From: Eledone cirrhosa
Taxonomy: Eukaryota
DNA length: 64,000 nucleotides
Direction: 5' to 3'
NCBI GenBank assembly: GCA_964016885.1
Contig: OZ024740.1
Coordinates: 214,458,001 to 214,522,000, forward strand
Shown: positions 29,630-44,201 of the stretch, piece by piece
How the letters are laid out: every line of letters begins with the position of its first letter
How positions within the stretch are numbered: position 1 is the first letter of the stretch
Position numbers and translations under genes: made by a program
Notes under the pieces: model-generated
Told to the model about the DNA's origin: nothing
What the model saw: the letters and a program-made list of their open reading frames with translations, nothing else
The model's database searches: none

Positions 29630-29815
29630 ATAATTGTTTCTACTTTTGGCACAAGGCCAGCAATTATCCCAGTGTATGACTGGTACTTTATTTTATCGAC
29701 CCCCGTAAGGATGAAAGGCAGAGTTAACCTCGGCGGGATTTGAACTCAGAATGGCAAGGGCCGTAACTCTATGCGTCAAAGCATGGCGTCCGACCCTCTA
29801 CCGATACTGCCAAAT
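29630..29815 (-). mobile_element. SINE copy
   Basis: Reverse complement of the 10200-10383 family. Confidence 0.85.
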
Positions 29816-29926
29816 AATAAATTATATATATATATACAAATATACACCCACCCACACAGACATACCTATACACACACACACACATACATATTTATATATA
29901 CATATACACATACACATACATAACAA

Positions 29927-32900
29927 TTAAAGGTGCTGCGATCGAATGTGGCTTTTTAGCCCAGCCAATGATCTAAAATGTCTTGCACAGAGTTGGCAAC
30001 CAAAACGTTCACTGGGAATAGCCAGCTGTGGTTGGAGTTCATGTACTTTTGCATGTCGTTTGAGCTCTCCTGCTGATCTACACTCTCTTCCATATGCTTG
30101 GCAGGAGGCAAGATGAGTAGCATCTCCAACAGCAGGCTGGTAGTCAACAACTCGTCTCACTTTATGACTGCGAAGATGACTTTCGAGTCCAGTTTTGCTG
30201 AGGCAGAGTCTCGCACAGACGCTGCATGTCAGCACCATAGGAGGACCTTCGCTACCTGGAAATACAACAGCAATACCCTTCCTCACATCCCGCTTTACTT
30301 TCTCGTATGCGATTCGAGATGCCTCAAAGGCATCTTTCCCCTCGTATACAGTCTTTCTCCATTTATTACGATCAGCAGCTACGGTTTCCCATGTATCAGC
30401 AGAGGTGTTAGCGTCTTTCAAAGAGAATTTCAACGAATCCTTATACCTCTTTTGGGGTTTATGTGGCGGTCGTTTTCCTTTAACTAACTCTCCATAAAAG
30501 AGTTGTTTCGGTATTCTAAAATCCTTCATCCTGGCAAGGTGACCACTCCAACGGAGTCTTTGCTTAAGCACAAGAACCTCTATACTGTCACACACAGAGA
30601 GCTTTCCAAAATCTCGACATCACTGATGTGGTCCTTCCAGTGAACGCCATGGATCCGTCTGAGACACATCTGATGGAAACGCTCCAATTGCTTAAGGTGG
30701 TGTCGATATGTGACCCAGGTCTCGCAGGCATAAAGAAGAGAAGGGAGCACACATGCCTTGTACACCTTTACCTTTGTCTTCTTGCATATGTCTCGCCGAC
30801 CCCAGAGTCGCCTTTCTAGCTTTCCGAAAGCATCACTTGCTTTCCTAATCCTGGGTGGAATTTCATTATCAAGATTGCTGTATCTATTAACAGTGCTTCC
30901 CAGGTAGACAAACTGATCAACCAGTCCAAGTCCTTTACCATTCACATAGATATTTGGTTCACTGAACTGCTTACCAGGGGCAGGTTGATACATGGCGAAG
31001 GTTTCCTTGAGACTGACAGTCAATCCTAGGGCAGTGCAAGCGTCAGAAAATGCATTCAAAATGTGCTGCATATCACTCAGTGTGCGCTACAAGATCGCAA
31101 TCATCTGCATATAAGAGGTCTCTTATGATTGATGTAAATACTTTCGTTTTTGCAGCAAAGCGCCTGATGTTAAATATGCTGCCAGAGGTTCGATATTGGA
31201 TGTATACACCATGCTCGCAATTCCTGAATATAATATAGAAAACCATTGCAAAGTATATGGCAAACAGGGTCGGTGCTGGAATATCCCCCCATTTCACTCC
31301 GTTTTTTTTACTGAGATAGGCCCCAACATGTTACCTCTGACATTAACCGAAGCCTTTATGTCATCATGGAAAGACCTAACCAAAGCAAAGAACTTATCAG
31401 GGCAACCAAGTTTCTGGAGAACCTCCCACAATGCATTTCTGTTAACAGTATCGAAAGCTTTTGTCAGATCGACAAAAACCTGATACAGATCCAAACCTTT
31501 TTCCATGCACTTCTCCTGGAGCTATCTAGCTGAGAAGATCATATCAGTAGTGCCGCTTCCAGCACGAAAACCTGATTGACTTTCAGCAAGAACACAATCT
31601 GCAATGTGTATCAGCAGACGGTCCAGAAGCACCCTACAAAACATTTTTCCTATGACAGAAAGCAATGATATACCCCTGTAGTTATCACAATCATTCTTTT
31701 TACCCTTTCCCTTGTACAAGACTACCGTTACTGCATCTCTCCAGTCCTCAGGTACGGATTCACTAGCCCATAGCCTGCCAAACAAAGAGTGAAGATGTTG
31801 TAGAAGTCTCTCACCACCATATTGTAAGAGCTCTACATGTATGTCATCTATACCTGGAGACCTTCCACTGTTCAGCTTCGAGATAGCTACTGCAAGCGTC
31901 GGTGGTTCTGCGAGAGCTACTTTCACGGGTTTTTCAGGAATGAGATTGAGGAAATCTTCATTGACGACAGACGGCTGATTCAAAAGTTCATCAAAGTGCT
32001 TTCGCCACCTTTGCAGAATTCCTTGTGAGTCACGAAGAAGATCCTTACCATCCTTACTGCGAAGCGGTGTCACCAGAGAAGAAGTCGGTCCATAAACTTC
32101 ACGCAAGAGACTGTACAACGGCTTTGTGTTATTGGAATCTGATGCAGTTTGTATCTCATCAGCCTTCTCACTCCACCACTTATCCTTCATCTGAGAAAGC
32201 CTCCGCCTCACGCGTGATTTCACATTCTTGAGTTCCTTATGCAATATATTCTTCACCTGTGGTTTTGCTGCCAAGTAGCGTGACCGAGTACGCCTCTTAG
32301 CCAACAAATCATCTATATGTTCATCATTTTCATTAAACCAGTCTTGTTGCTTTCTCTGCACCAATCCCAGAACACGCCTGCCTACATCATAAACCGACTT
32401 TTTAAGGGTCGGCCAATCTTCACCAAAATATGCAACATGCATCTCTTCTCGCAATGTTCTCTTCACAATATTATCTCTAAGACGAGCAACATTCAGTCTC
32501 CTAGTGAGGGTAACACCAGGAGCCCGGATTTTACGTTTAGTGATTAATTTCACTTTTGCATGTACCAGGAGGTGGTCCGTCCAGCACTCAGCCTGCGTAG
32601 TCCAAAAGACGCCATTCCTTAGATTCAGGATGTATCCATGTGGTCTTAAATTTGTTCTTTTGTTGGAACATGGTGTTGGTAACACACAGATCCAGTTCCT
32701 CACACATCTGCAGCAGGAGCATACCATTGTTGTTACTCTTTCCCACCCCATGCCTTCCGATTACATTTCATGTGTTAAAATCCCTACCCACTCTAGCATT
32801 AAAGTCACCAAGCACGATGACCTTGTCTGCCTGAGGGATATTTCTTAAAACACCTTTCAAGGCATGGTAGAAAGACACTTTTTCTTCATCGACAGAATTC

Positions 32901-33345
32901 ATAGTTGGAGCATACACACTCACCTGAATCGCATTTCTTTCTTTATCCAGCGGAATTCTCATTGACATAAGATGCTCATTAATCCCCACTGGGAATTCTT
33001 CTAACTTATCCACAAGAGCAGTCTTAGCAGCAAATTCTACCCCAGCCTCTCTTCTAGTTCCTTCACCTCTTCCTTTCCAGAAGAATGTATATTCTCCACA
33101 AAATTCTGTAAGATGACCATCTCCATCTAACCTCGTCTCGGATAAAGCCACAATGTCAAGATCATAACGACGAAGGTCCTTTGCAATAAGAGCGGTCCTT
33201 CGTTCTGGACGTTCGGAGGAATCCCTGTCAAGCAGCGTTCGTACGTTCCAGCAGCCAATATTAAATGTCTTTTTTGGCTCTATTACAGTGACACAATGAC
33301 GAGCGGGCCCAAGCTGTGATACCCTGGGGCCCCTGCCCTTATTGC
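29927..33345 (-). pseudogene. RTE-clade LINE ORF (APE-RT plus C-terminal C2H2 fingers), frameshifted
   Basis: NIGCWNVRTL, DIVALSETR, VLGDFNARVG, NYRGISLLS, ESQSGFR, FVDLTKAFDTV, LLYADD, LLYACETW, RLRWSGH..RM..RIPKQLFYGEL. Confidence 0.93.
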
Positions 33346-33408
33346 CAATTATCTCTGTTATATTGCTTTGGAACATCATTGAATTGGAAAAGAATTTACA
33401 CACACACA

Positions 33409-33452
<44 letters not shown>

Positions 33453-33507
33453 CACATATATATATATATATATACATATATATACATGCATATATATACT
33501 ATATATA

Positions 33508-33587
<80 letters not shown>

Positions 33588-33606
33588 TATACATATATAT
33601 ATATAT

Positions 33607-33791
33607 AACGAAGGAAATGTGGTAAGGAACCAGGTGGACCATAACGCACCAAAGTACTCAATACTTGAGGTAGTAGAGTGGGTAATAGGAACCAGTAGGA
33701 CCCCGACAGCTGAGCTCAAGCCGTTTCGAATTAGCCGTTCAGAATTAGCCGTCGAAACGGCTTGAGCTCAGCTGTCGGGGTCTTACTGGTT

Positions 33792-33793
<2 letters not shown>
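33607..33793. mobile_element. Family A fold-back insert
   Basis: Same termini as 27571-27760 but a different central junction. (TA)n on both sides. Confidence 0.75.
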
Positions 33794-33863
<70 letters not shown>

Positions 33864-34469
33864 GATTCAAACAAAAAGAAGTAGAACAACAGAAAAACTA
33901 AACCATAGTGAGGTCATGTCATTTGGATGATAATGTCTGGTGTGTTATTCATTCGTCTACAACCTATACTAAACATCCTAAACCCCCTAAACACCCTGAA
34001 CTCCCTATACACCCTAATAGCTACTCACAAAGAAAATGGAGTCGCATTAATGGCTAGTGAACTGATTGCGTCTGTCTGTGTTATCCCAAATAAAATGGAA
34101 GCAATCAGTAGGGAGTGAACAAGAAAGGAGACGACACTCATTTAATTACGACTGCAACGATTTTTTTTCCGAGGCAATGAAGTCGTCTGCTCACACCTTT
34201 TTTTGTTATAGTCCATCTTTTTCGTTAGATTTTGTTGATATTTTTTCTTTCGTTTTTCTTCTATTATTTTTATCGTCTGTTTTGGTCGGATTATCAAAGT
34301 AAGCAATTCTACGTCGCTTACGTATATAATATATATATATATATATAAGAAGAATTAAAATACTAGAGTGTGTTGGAGTTAAACACACTCGTCGTATTAT
34401 AGAATGACAGTATAAGAATATAGCTCAATGTAATATAACAGAGCCGAAAAATTATAAAAAATAAACAAA

Positions 34470-35152
<683 letters not shown>

Positions 35153-36608
35153 TTGATGTATTGAAGTACTCAATACTTAGGGTAGTAGAGTGGGTAATAG
35201 GAACCAGTAAGACCCCAAAATATATCAATATGAAAGAATGTCCTGCGCGGCTAAGATCATATAAAATTAATTTTTGAAACGGTAGAGAAAGACAATCGAA
35301 GACGGGATGAAACATAGGGCAGCCTCTTTTCATCCTGAAGTCGACTGATGAGATGGGACTGTCCTGTGTTTCGTCCGTTTTTCCGTTTCATTCGCCCACA
35401 TTATCCAAGGTGCAGCGGAGAGTAATGAAAATTAGAACGAGGTGATTACAAATCAGATCTATTAACTACACTGCCATATATGCAATTGCCATGTATTGCC
35501 AATGGTTGAGAAGTTCTTTTCGTAATGATTACATCTAGGATTCGAAACCATTGCGTAATATCTTGAGTAAGTTTCTCATTCACCAAAGATTTGGGTCGAC
35601 CGGTACCTCGCGTGAAATTAGGATAGGAAGCCCGTTTGGTGGACTGCACTAGTCATTAAAAAATACCAGCCTTGTCATACACAGAGTCACGCTGAATCTC
35701 CATGAGAATTGCATTAAGGGTGCACGTGTCTGTGGAATGTTCAGCCACATATATGTTAATTTTATGAGCAGAGCAGGCTCCTCCATTGAGCGAACAACTG
35801 GAACACTCCTCGTCGACATGGATGTAGGACCACTCCATATAGTTTGTTAGACTACAGACAAAACAACAAAATCAAACTGCCATTAAAAACCTACAACAAT
35901 TATTAGTATATAATAGCGAAAAACAATTTATAATCGCCACGTATATATATAATATATATATAATATATATATAGTATAATATAATATAGAAAAAAAATTT
36001 ATACTCGCCACGTATATATATAATATATATAATATATATATAATATAATATAATATAGAAAAACAATTTATACTCGCCACGGATTTAGAAAAAAAATTGT
36101 TTTCTCTCTTTTAACAATGCGTTTATTTTTGTAATATATCATATATATGTTCCTTTGTGTGTTTGTTTGTGTGTGTGAGTGTATGTGTTTGCGTGTGTGT
36201 ATGCGCTTGTGTATGTGTGTATGAGTGTGATCTTGTGTATGTGCGTGTGAGTATATGTATGTGTGTATATGTGCGTGCTTGTGTATGTGTGTGAGTGTAT
36301 GCATGTATATGTGTGTGCTTGTGTGTGTATATGCTTGCGTGTGTGTATATGTATGTATATATGTGTGTGTTTGCGTGTGTATGTATGTGTATGTGTGTGT
36401 TGACTGATTGTTAATCACAAAGTAGTCTTGCGGGAAAATGGCGACTAAATTGTTTCATTACTCTGAGAATCATATAAAATTGTTTGTTTTCTCTGTTCCC
36501 CACATTTGTCATTATCTTTTGGTTTGTATACACGCACAGACACAGGTACACAGACACACACGCACACAGGCACACACACAAACATACATACATACTCACA
36601 CATACATT

Positions 36609-36639
<31 letters not shown>

Positions 36640-36749
36640 ATGTGTGTGTGTGTTTGTGTGTGTGTTTAAAAATAAAAAAATAAATAAAGCAAATGACACA
36701 GTACAATAAAGAAATATATTAGTTTAACGCTTGAAATAATCGCAAACGT

Positions 36750-36786
36750 TTCTTAACGTTTCGGACACAAGTCCTTCATCAGAAAA
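36750..36786 (-). ncRNA. Minimal type I hammerhead ribozyme
   Basis: Reverse strand reads TTTT-CTGATGA-a GGAC ttgt GTCC-GAAA-CGT-TA-AGAA, with palindromic AACGTT at stem III. Confidence 0.65.
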
Positions 36787-36881
36787 TAGAATGAGAAATA
36801 AAAGATGAAATAAAAATATAGACAAGCAGAAGAGGAAGAAATGGAAAAGAATGAGAAAAAACGCGTGCGTATTCAGTAAGC

Positions 36882-36918
<37 letters not shown>

Positions 36919-37154
36919 AAATATTATTATATCAATCATATTACACGACACATAAATGATATTTATATACATATATATAGTTACGTGAAAGGTCAACAGA
37001 AATAAAGCAAATGGCACAAAGTACAATGAAGAAATATATTAGTTTAACACTTGAAATAATAGAAAAAGAGAAACAATAACACATATATATGTAGTCAACT
37101 ATATATATATATATATATATAGTAATAATAATAAATTTGAAGACTAATCTGTTA

Positions 37155-37231
<77 letters not shown>

Positions 37232-38629
37232 CACATATATAAGCGTGGGCGCAAACATCATTAATTAGAATGAAAGAAGAGATAACACGGTATGAGAGAA
37301 TCTTGTTAAAGACTGAATATTAAGACTCCTTCTTGGCGCCTTCTTTAATGGACATAAGATTAACTCAGCATTGCAAACTAACGAGGCAATCATTCATTTT
37401 ACAATGCTCCCATTTATAACACCGGCAAAATATACCTATCTCACACCTGCCAACCTCTAAAAACCCAAAATATGGAGTACCCTAAAAAACAGTACCCCAA
37501 ATCAGGGAGAAATGAGGTAAAAAGGGGAGATCTTTAATAATTGTTTCTACTTTTGGCACAAGGCCAGCAATTACCCAGTGCATTACTGGTACTTTATTTT
37601 ATCGGGAGATCTTTAATAATGAAAGCTATACCCATTTTCACAAGAGAAGATATCTCACACCCATCCCAAAGTGGGTGGGGGCTGTGTATTGGAGAACTCA
37701 ACATCGAATTATATCGACTCAAATAACTGTTTCTCACTGAGACTGCGAGATATCTATAAATTGTTTGTCTATTACAAGAGATCGTGAGAAACAATGTATC
37801 TGAAGACGAGCCTATTCAAGAGCTCCCCCACCCCCACCCCCTCCACACACACACATACACACTAACACACACAAAAAATGTTTTCTCCTAAATTTAATGA
37901 GACGGAATAGTATATTAGAGCAGTAGATTTGTAGTTTTAATGATATCTCAGCAGACATCCTTAAATCATCATAGCACTAAATAAATATTTAGTTCAGTCA
38001 TGTGTGAAGTGAGCCAATATCACTGACAAAGAAAGTTTGTCTACAACACAACGTTGAAAGCAACAAAAACATACAAATGAAGAATTTCACCTCAGGCGCC
38101 AATTATATGTGTACATTATCCAACTGTTCGGTTCCGACCTAGTTCTTAAAGTAATATTTACAGTGAAAATGTGACAGTTTTCAGTTAGTTCAGAATTCTC
38201 TCGATTATACCTGGAAAAAAGAATGGTTTATTTCTTCAAGATTACAAAGCAACGTGTTTTTCTCATTGACGAAATCAGTCTAATTATTTGCAATAAACTT
38301 ATCTTTGAAATTTAGTAGCTACAACAATGAGGAGTTTTTATTTTCTTTATTTTCCATTTTTTTTATTATTTTCATTTCGTTTATTCATTTAGAAAGAAAC
38401 CCACTTTTCTGCTACAATAAACCCATTGAACAAATGTTAAGCTTTCAAGAAAGACTCGAACGCAGTTTCAATCTCTGACAAAGCTATATCACTATTTACT
38501 TCGTTAAAGATGCAAAAGAGATAATGATATTTTGTACTGCATAAACTTCACACCTTGTTTTCCATCTCCCAGGTAAATATAAAGACTTGTGCCAGGTAAA
38601 ACGGAATCAATATTCTTTTTCAGAGAAAA

Positions 38630-38982
38630 ATCATGGTGGAGAGGAAAGTGCTGTCTTTCAACCAGTTTGTTGAAAGGTCGTGAGAGAGGTGAGCATGGCC
38701 CGAATAAATGGATCTGCTCTGAGTATGCACCTGTATATTGGAGGGCGACAACTGGGAAAGGGCCCTTACATTAGCACTCAGGGTTATCCAGGCTTTTTGT
38801 AGGCTTTCTCCAGGAGTGACACTTTTGAGGGCTTTGCTATGTTTGATTTTTTAATATTTATTTTTTTTAGTCTTTTTTAGAAATAGTTTTTACATGAAAA
38901 ACCCACAATGTACTGTCCTGTGCCGTCCTTATAGTTTGCTTAATGTCAGCCCTGTGTGGCTAATCAAGAAACCATTGTTATT
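38630..38982 (+). mobile_element. Tx1-family 3' end fragment
   Basis: Encodes VERKVLSFNQFVER (compare VEREVLSSQHFVER). Ends agccctgtgtggctaatcaagaaacc-attgttatt, like the other two copies. Confidence 0.6.
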
Positions 38983-39410
38983 GGATTGGCAGTATCGGTA
39001 GAGCGTCGGACAACATGCTCTGTAGCATAGAGTTACGACCTTTTACGTTTTGAGTCCAAATCCCTCCGAGATTAACTTTGCCTTTCATCCTTACTGGGTC
39101 GATAAAATAAAGTACCAGTAATGCACTGGAGTTGATTTAACCGACTTTTTCTCCCAAAAGAAATTGTTAGCCTTGTGCCTAAATCAGAAATCACTACTAT
39201 TATTATTGGATTGACAATATCAGTGGAGCGTTTGCGGCATATAGTTACATCCCTTTACGTTCTGAGTTCAAATCCCACCGATGTTAGCTTTGCCTTTCAT
39301 CCTTACGAGGTCGATCAAATAAAGTCCCAGTAACGTATTGGGGGTCAATTTACTCAACTTTACCCTGCTCTTCAAATTGCTGGCCTTGTGCCAAATGTAG
39401 AAGCAATTAT
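38983..39410 (+). mobile_element. Two tandem SINE copies
   Basis: Family head and core at 38983-39200 and 39208-39410. Confidence 0.85.
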
Positions 39411-39610
39411 TTCTTCTTCTGTAGTTTCCTGTGAGTGTATTCTGCATCATCTCCTGTGCTTCTTTATCCTCCTGAGGTGTGTACAGTATTCTGTTCTTTT
39501 TGTTTGGGTGTTGGAGGGCAGTATAGACTCTTCAGATACTGCAACGGTCATGTTTTCTCATGGGATTTACCGTGTAGTTTCTTCTGCTAGTTTCGTATTT
39601 GTTCTATTGT

Positions 39611-39800
39611 GTATGTTGTGTGTAATGTGAGTTGTGTTATTTTATTGAGTATTAAACTCTTACAGTATATGTTGTGTGTAATGTGAGTTGTGTTATTTTA
39701 TTGAGTATTACATTCTTACAGCATATGTTATGTGTAATGTGAGTTGTGTTATTTTATTGAGTATTAAATTCTTACAATATATGTTGTGTGAGTTGTGTTG
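39611..39800. repeat. Tandem repeat of about 56 bp, 3 copies plus a partial one
   Basis: tatgttgtgtgtaatgtgagttgtgttattttattgagtatta...cttacag repeated. Confidence 0.85.
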
Positions 39801-40430
39801 TTGATTTTATTTGGTGATTATTGTATAGGGTGTATGTTATACTTGAACTGTGTTATGGAATCGATATCTTGTGTAGGATGTGGGCTCTTTCTAACAGACC
39901 TTGGCTGGAGGGAAAATGGAGTTAGCAATTCCGAAAGTTGCTGTGGTGATCTAGAGTGATTTATCATTTTATATCCGTTTTTTTTTCTATGCTTGCAGCA
40001 GTTGGAACAAGCACAGAGCTTATCTAGGTTTCATAGGCGTTACACTACTTAAGGATTCCTCTTGGTTGGAAAATGGTGCTTAACTGAACATTGCTATTTT
40101 TAAAGGGATCATCTTGACGAGTGTCAGAAATCCTGGTGTAATCTGAATTAATATTTTCAGATACTTCTTAGATTAAAAATAAAATCCCTTAAAATTTAAT
40201 CGACTCAATAAATTTCGAATATTACAATTTATAATTATTATTTTATTTGTTTGAATTCTTAAATTATTATAATTTATCAAATAAAAAATAATTAAGCAAC
40301 TGAAATTATTTCAAAATATTGCATTTAAATGGAAAATATTTTTTAGGTTAAATATTGATAAATAATGTTAAATAACATGTTTTAAATTTTCTAAATTGCA
40401 AAGTTTTAAACATTCTCCACTGTTATATAT

Positions 40431-40514
<84 letters not shown>

Positions 40515-40835
40515 GCAAGTATAAACATGCACACACACACGCATACAGACACACACATATATGTATATACAAAAAATACATATATACATAGACAGATGCA
40601 CATGCACACCCACATAAATATAGGAAATCTAAAAAAGTTGAAACTATTTCCCTCAGCAAAATATTCCATCACCTAAAACAATTCACTTTGATCTCTCAAA
40701 ACACAGAGCGGCAATAGATGGAACGTGATCAAATTGTAAATATTACCCCATCTTAAATAGTTAATGATTTCTCGGAGGTCGAAAAGCAGTTTACGTTATT
40801 ACACTTCAGGTAAAGTCAGTAATGTAAATGTATTG

Positions 40836-40935
<100 letters not shown>

Positions 40936-41374
40936 TATATTATATTTTGAGAATAAACTCTCAGTCGTTTACAATAATTAAGCTCCAGGAAGGGGCTCTT
41001 CCGAGCAGTTAAATACATTTAAAGTATATGATAAACACGAAATGTGTTTACATTGCAACAGACAAAGTTAGCTATTAATGAAATAAACTAATAAAAGTGA
41101 ATACAATTTGTCTGTCTCGATACAAGTCAATAAAGACAAGCTTATATTGGCAACGGCCATGATTCCTGGACATATTTAAATTTCAAAATTCAAACCTATA
41201 TATATATTTTAACTTTAATTATATCTCATATAAAATAATACAACTGGCTTTCCACAAAATACATATAGTTAGCACCCCAAACACTAAATTGGGATTATAC
41301 TAACGTATAACCTAATGTTTGTTGAGTGAGATGGTTACCAGTCGGAGTTTAGCTTAAAGCTTTCTCTGTTATTG

Positions 41375-41412
<38 letters not shown>

Positions 41413-41424
41413 GCATAAATATTA

Positions 41425-41602
41425 TGGTTTCTGATTTAGACACAAGGCCAACAATTCCATTAAATCGACCCAAGTACGTTAATGGTACTATATTTTATCG
41501 ACTCGTAAGGATGAAAACCGGGATTCGAACGCAAACGGCTACGACTCTATGCCGCGAAGAATGTTGTCCGACGCTCTATTGATTCTGCCAATCCACCACC
41601 CT
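41425..41602 (-). mobile_element. Diverged SINE copy
   Basis: acaaggcca...ttttatcgactcgtaaggatgaaa...tgccaatccacc. Confidence 0.7.
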
Positions 41603-41666
41603 TATATGCATAAATATAATAAAATTCATATATTTATATAAAAATGATATATACATATATAACAAT

Positions 41667-41727
<61 letters not shown>

Positions 41728-42034
41728 TGAAACAAAATGAAAACGAAATTTCATTTCTCACTCTTAGTATGGCACTTACTTAAATGTAAGTATGCATGTA
41801 TACGTACATACATATATGTATACAGACGTACAGTAGCATGCACATATATATATATATATATACATATATACATACATATGCATACAGGTACACATACATA
41901 TATGCACGTATCAGTTTAGCGGCGCTTATTATAAAGTCGCTTTGTTCGTTTGTAAACAAACTGAACAGCCTGAATTTATGCCATACGGTGTTAAGGCAAC
42001 CACGTCACCTTTTTGTTCAACACTGACACAGGAA

Positions 42035-42075
42035 CGATGTACTAGTTTCAAGCTTGTTAGCTATCATCAGCACCG
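42035..42075 (-). ncRNA. Hammerhead in the left arm of the array (also 42509-42549, 42983-43023, 43457-43497, 43931-43971)
   Basis: Reverse strand reads CGGTG-CTGATGA-T AGCT aaca AGCT T-GAAA-CTAG-TA-CATCG. Confidence 0.85.
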
Positions 42076-44160
42076 TTTACCCATCTGCCAGATAGTTGAA
42101 CGTTCGAAAGTATATACTTTCCTTATGAAAATTAACGGCTGAGCAGCCTAATTTGCATATTGAGTGAGTTAAATCGGTCAGGCATACCGAAAACGATAAA
42201 TTGAAACAAAATGAAAACGAAATTTCATTTCTCACTCTTAGTATGGCACTTACTTAAATGTAAGTATGCATGTATACGTACATACATATATGTATACAGA
42301 CGTACAGTAGCATGCACATATATATATATATATATACATATATACATACATATGCATACAGGTACACATACATATATGCACGTATCAGTTTAGCGGCGCT
42401 TATTATAAAGTCGCTTTGTTCGTTTGTAAACAAACTGAACAGCCTGAATTTATGCCATACGGTGTTAAGGCAACCACGTCACCTTTTTGTTCAACACTGA
42501 CACAGGAACGATGTACTAGTTTCAAGCTTGTTAGCTATCATCAGCACCGTTTACCCATCTGCCAGATAGTTGAACGTTCGAAAGTATATACTTTCCTTAT
42601 GAAAATTAACGGCTGAGCAGCCTAATTTGCATATTGAGTGAGTTAAATCGGTCAGGCATACCGAAAACGATAAATTGAAACAAAATGAAAACGAAATTTC
42701 ATTTCTCACTCTTAGTATGGCACTTACTTAAATGTAAGTATGCATGTATACGTACATACATATATGTATACAGACGTACAGTAGCATGCACATATATATA
42801 TATATATATACATATATACATACATATGCATACAGGTACACATACATATATGCACGTATCAGTTTAGCGGCGCTTATTATAAAGTCGCTTTGTTCGTTTG
42901 TAAACAAACTGAACAGCCTGAATTTATGCCATACGGTGTTAAGGCAACCACGTCACCTTTTTGTTCAACACTGACACAGGAACGATGTACTAGTTTCAAG
43001 CTTGTTAGCTATCATCAGCACCGTTTACCCATCTGCCAGATAGTTGAACGTTCGAAAGTATATACTTTCCTTATGAAAATTAACGGCTGAGCAGCCTAAT
43101 TTGCATATTGAGTGAGTTAAATCGGTCAGGCATACCGAAAACGATAAATTGAAACAAAATGAAAACGAAATTTCATTTCTCACTCTTAGTATGGCACTTA
43201 CTTAAATGTAAGTATGCATGTATACGTACATACATATATGTATACAGACGTACAGTAGCATGCACATATATATATATATATATACATATATACATACATA
43301 TGCATACAGGTACACATACATATATGCACGTATCAGTTTAGCGGCGCTTATTATAAAGTCGCTTTGTTCGTTTGTAAACAAACTGAACAGCCTGAATTTA
43401 TGCCATACGGTGTTAAGGCAACCACGTCACCTTTTTGTTCAACACTGACACAGGAACGATGTACTAGTTTCAAGCTTGTTAGCTATCATCAGCACCGTTT
43501 ACCCATCTGCCAGATAGTTGAACGTTCGAAAGTATATACTTTCCTTATGAAAATTAACGGCTGAGCAGCCTAATTTGCATATTGAGTGAGTTAAATCGGT
43601 CAGGCATACCGAAAACGATAAATTGAAACAAAATGAAAACGAAATTTCATTTCTCACTCTTAGTATGGCACTTACTTAAATGTAAGTATGCATGTATACG
43701 TACATACATATATGTATACAGACGTACAGTAGCATGCACATATATATATATATATATACATATATACATACATATGCATACAGGTACACATACATATATG
43801 CACGTATCAGTTTAGCGGCGCTTATTATAAAGTCGCTTTGTTCGTTTGTAAACAAACTGAACAGCCTGAATTTATGCCATACGGTGTTAAGGCAACCACG
43901 TCACCTTTTTGTTCAACACTGACACAGGAACGATGTACTAGTTTCAAGCTTGTTAGCTATCATCAGCACCGTTTACCCATCTGCCAGATAGTTGAACGTT
44001 CGAAAGTATATACTTTCGTTTTCATTTTGTTTCAATTTATCGTTTTCGGTATGCCTGACCGATTTAACTCACTCAATATGCAAATTAGGCTGCTCAGCCG
44101 TTAATTTTCATAAGGAAAGTATATACTTTCGAACGTTCAACTATCTGGCAGATGGGTAAA

Positions 44161-44201
44161 CGGTGCTGATGATAGCTAACAAGCTTGAAACTAGTACATC
44201 G
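44161..44201 (+). ncRNA. Hammerhead in the right arm of the array (also 44635-44675, 45109-45149, 45583-45623)
   Basis: CGGTG-CTGATGA-T AGCT aaca AGCT T-GAAA-CTAG-TA-CATCG. Confidence 0.85.

Noticed and set aside
35295-35380. CTGATGA and GAAA-like words near 35346 (also 28925-28940 on - and 37800-37825)
   Set aside because: Order or stems are incomplete, so no full hammerhead can be drawn.
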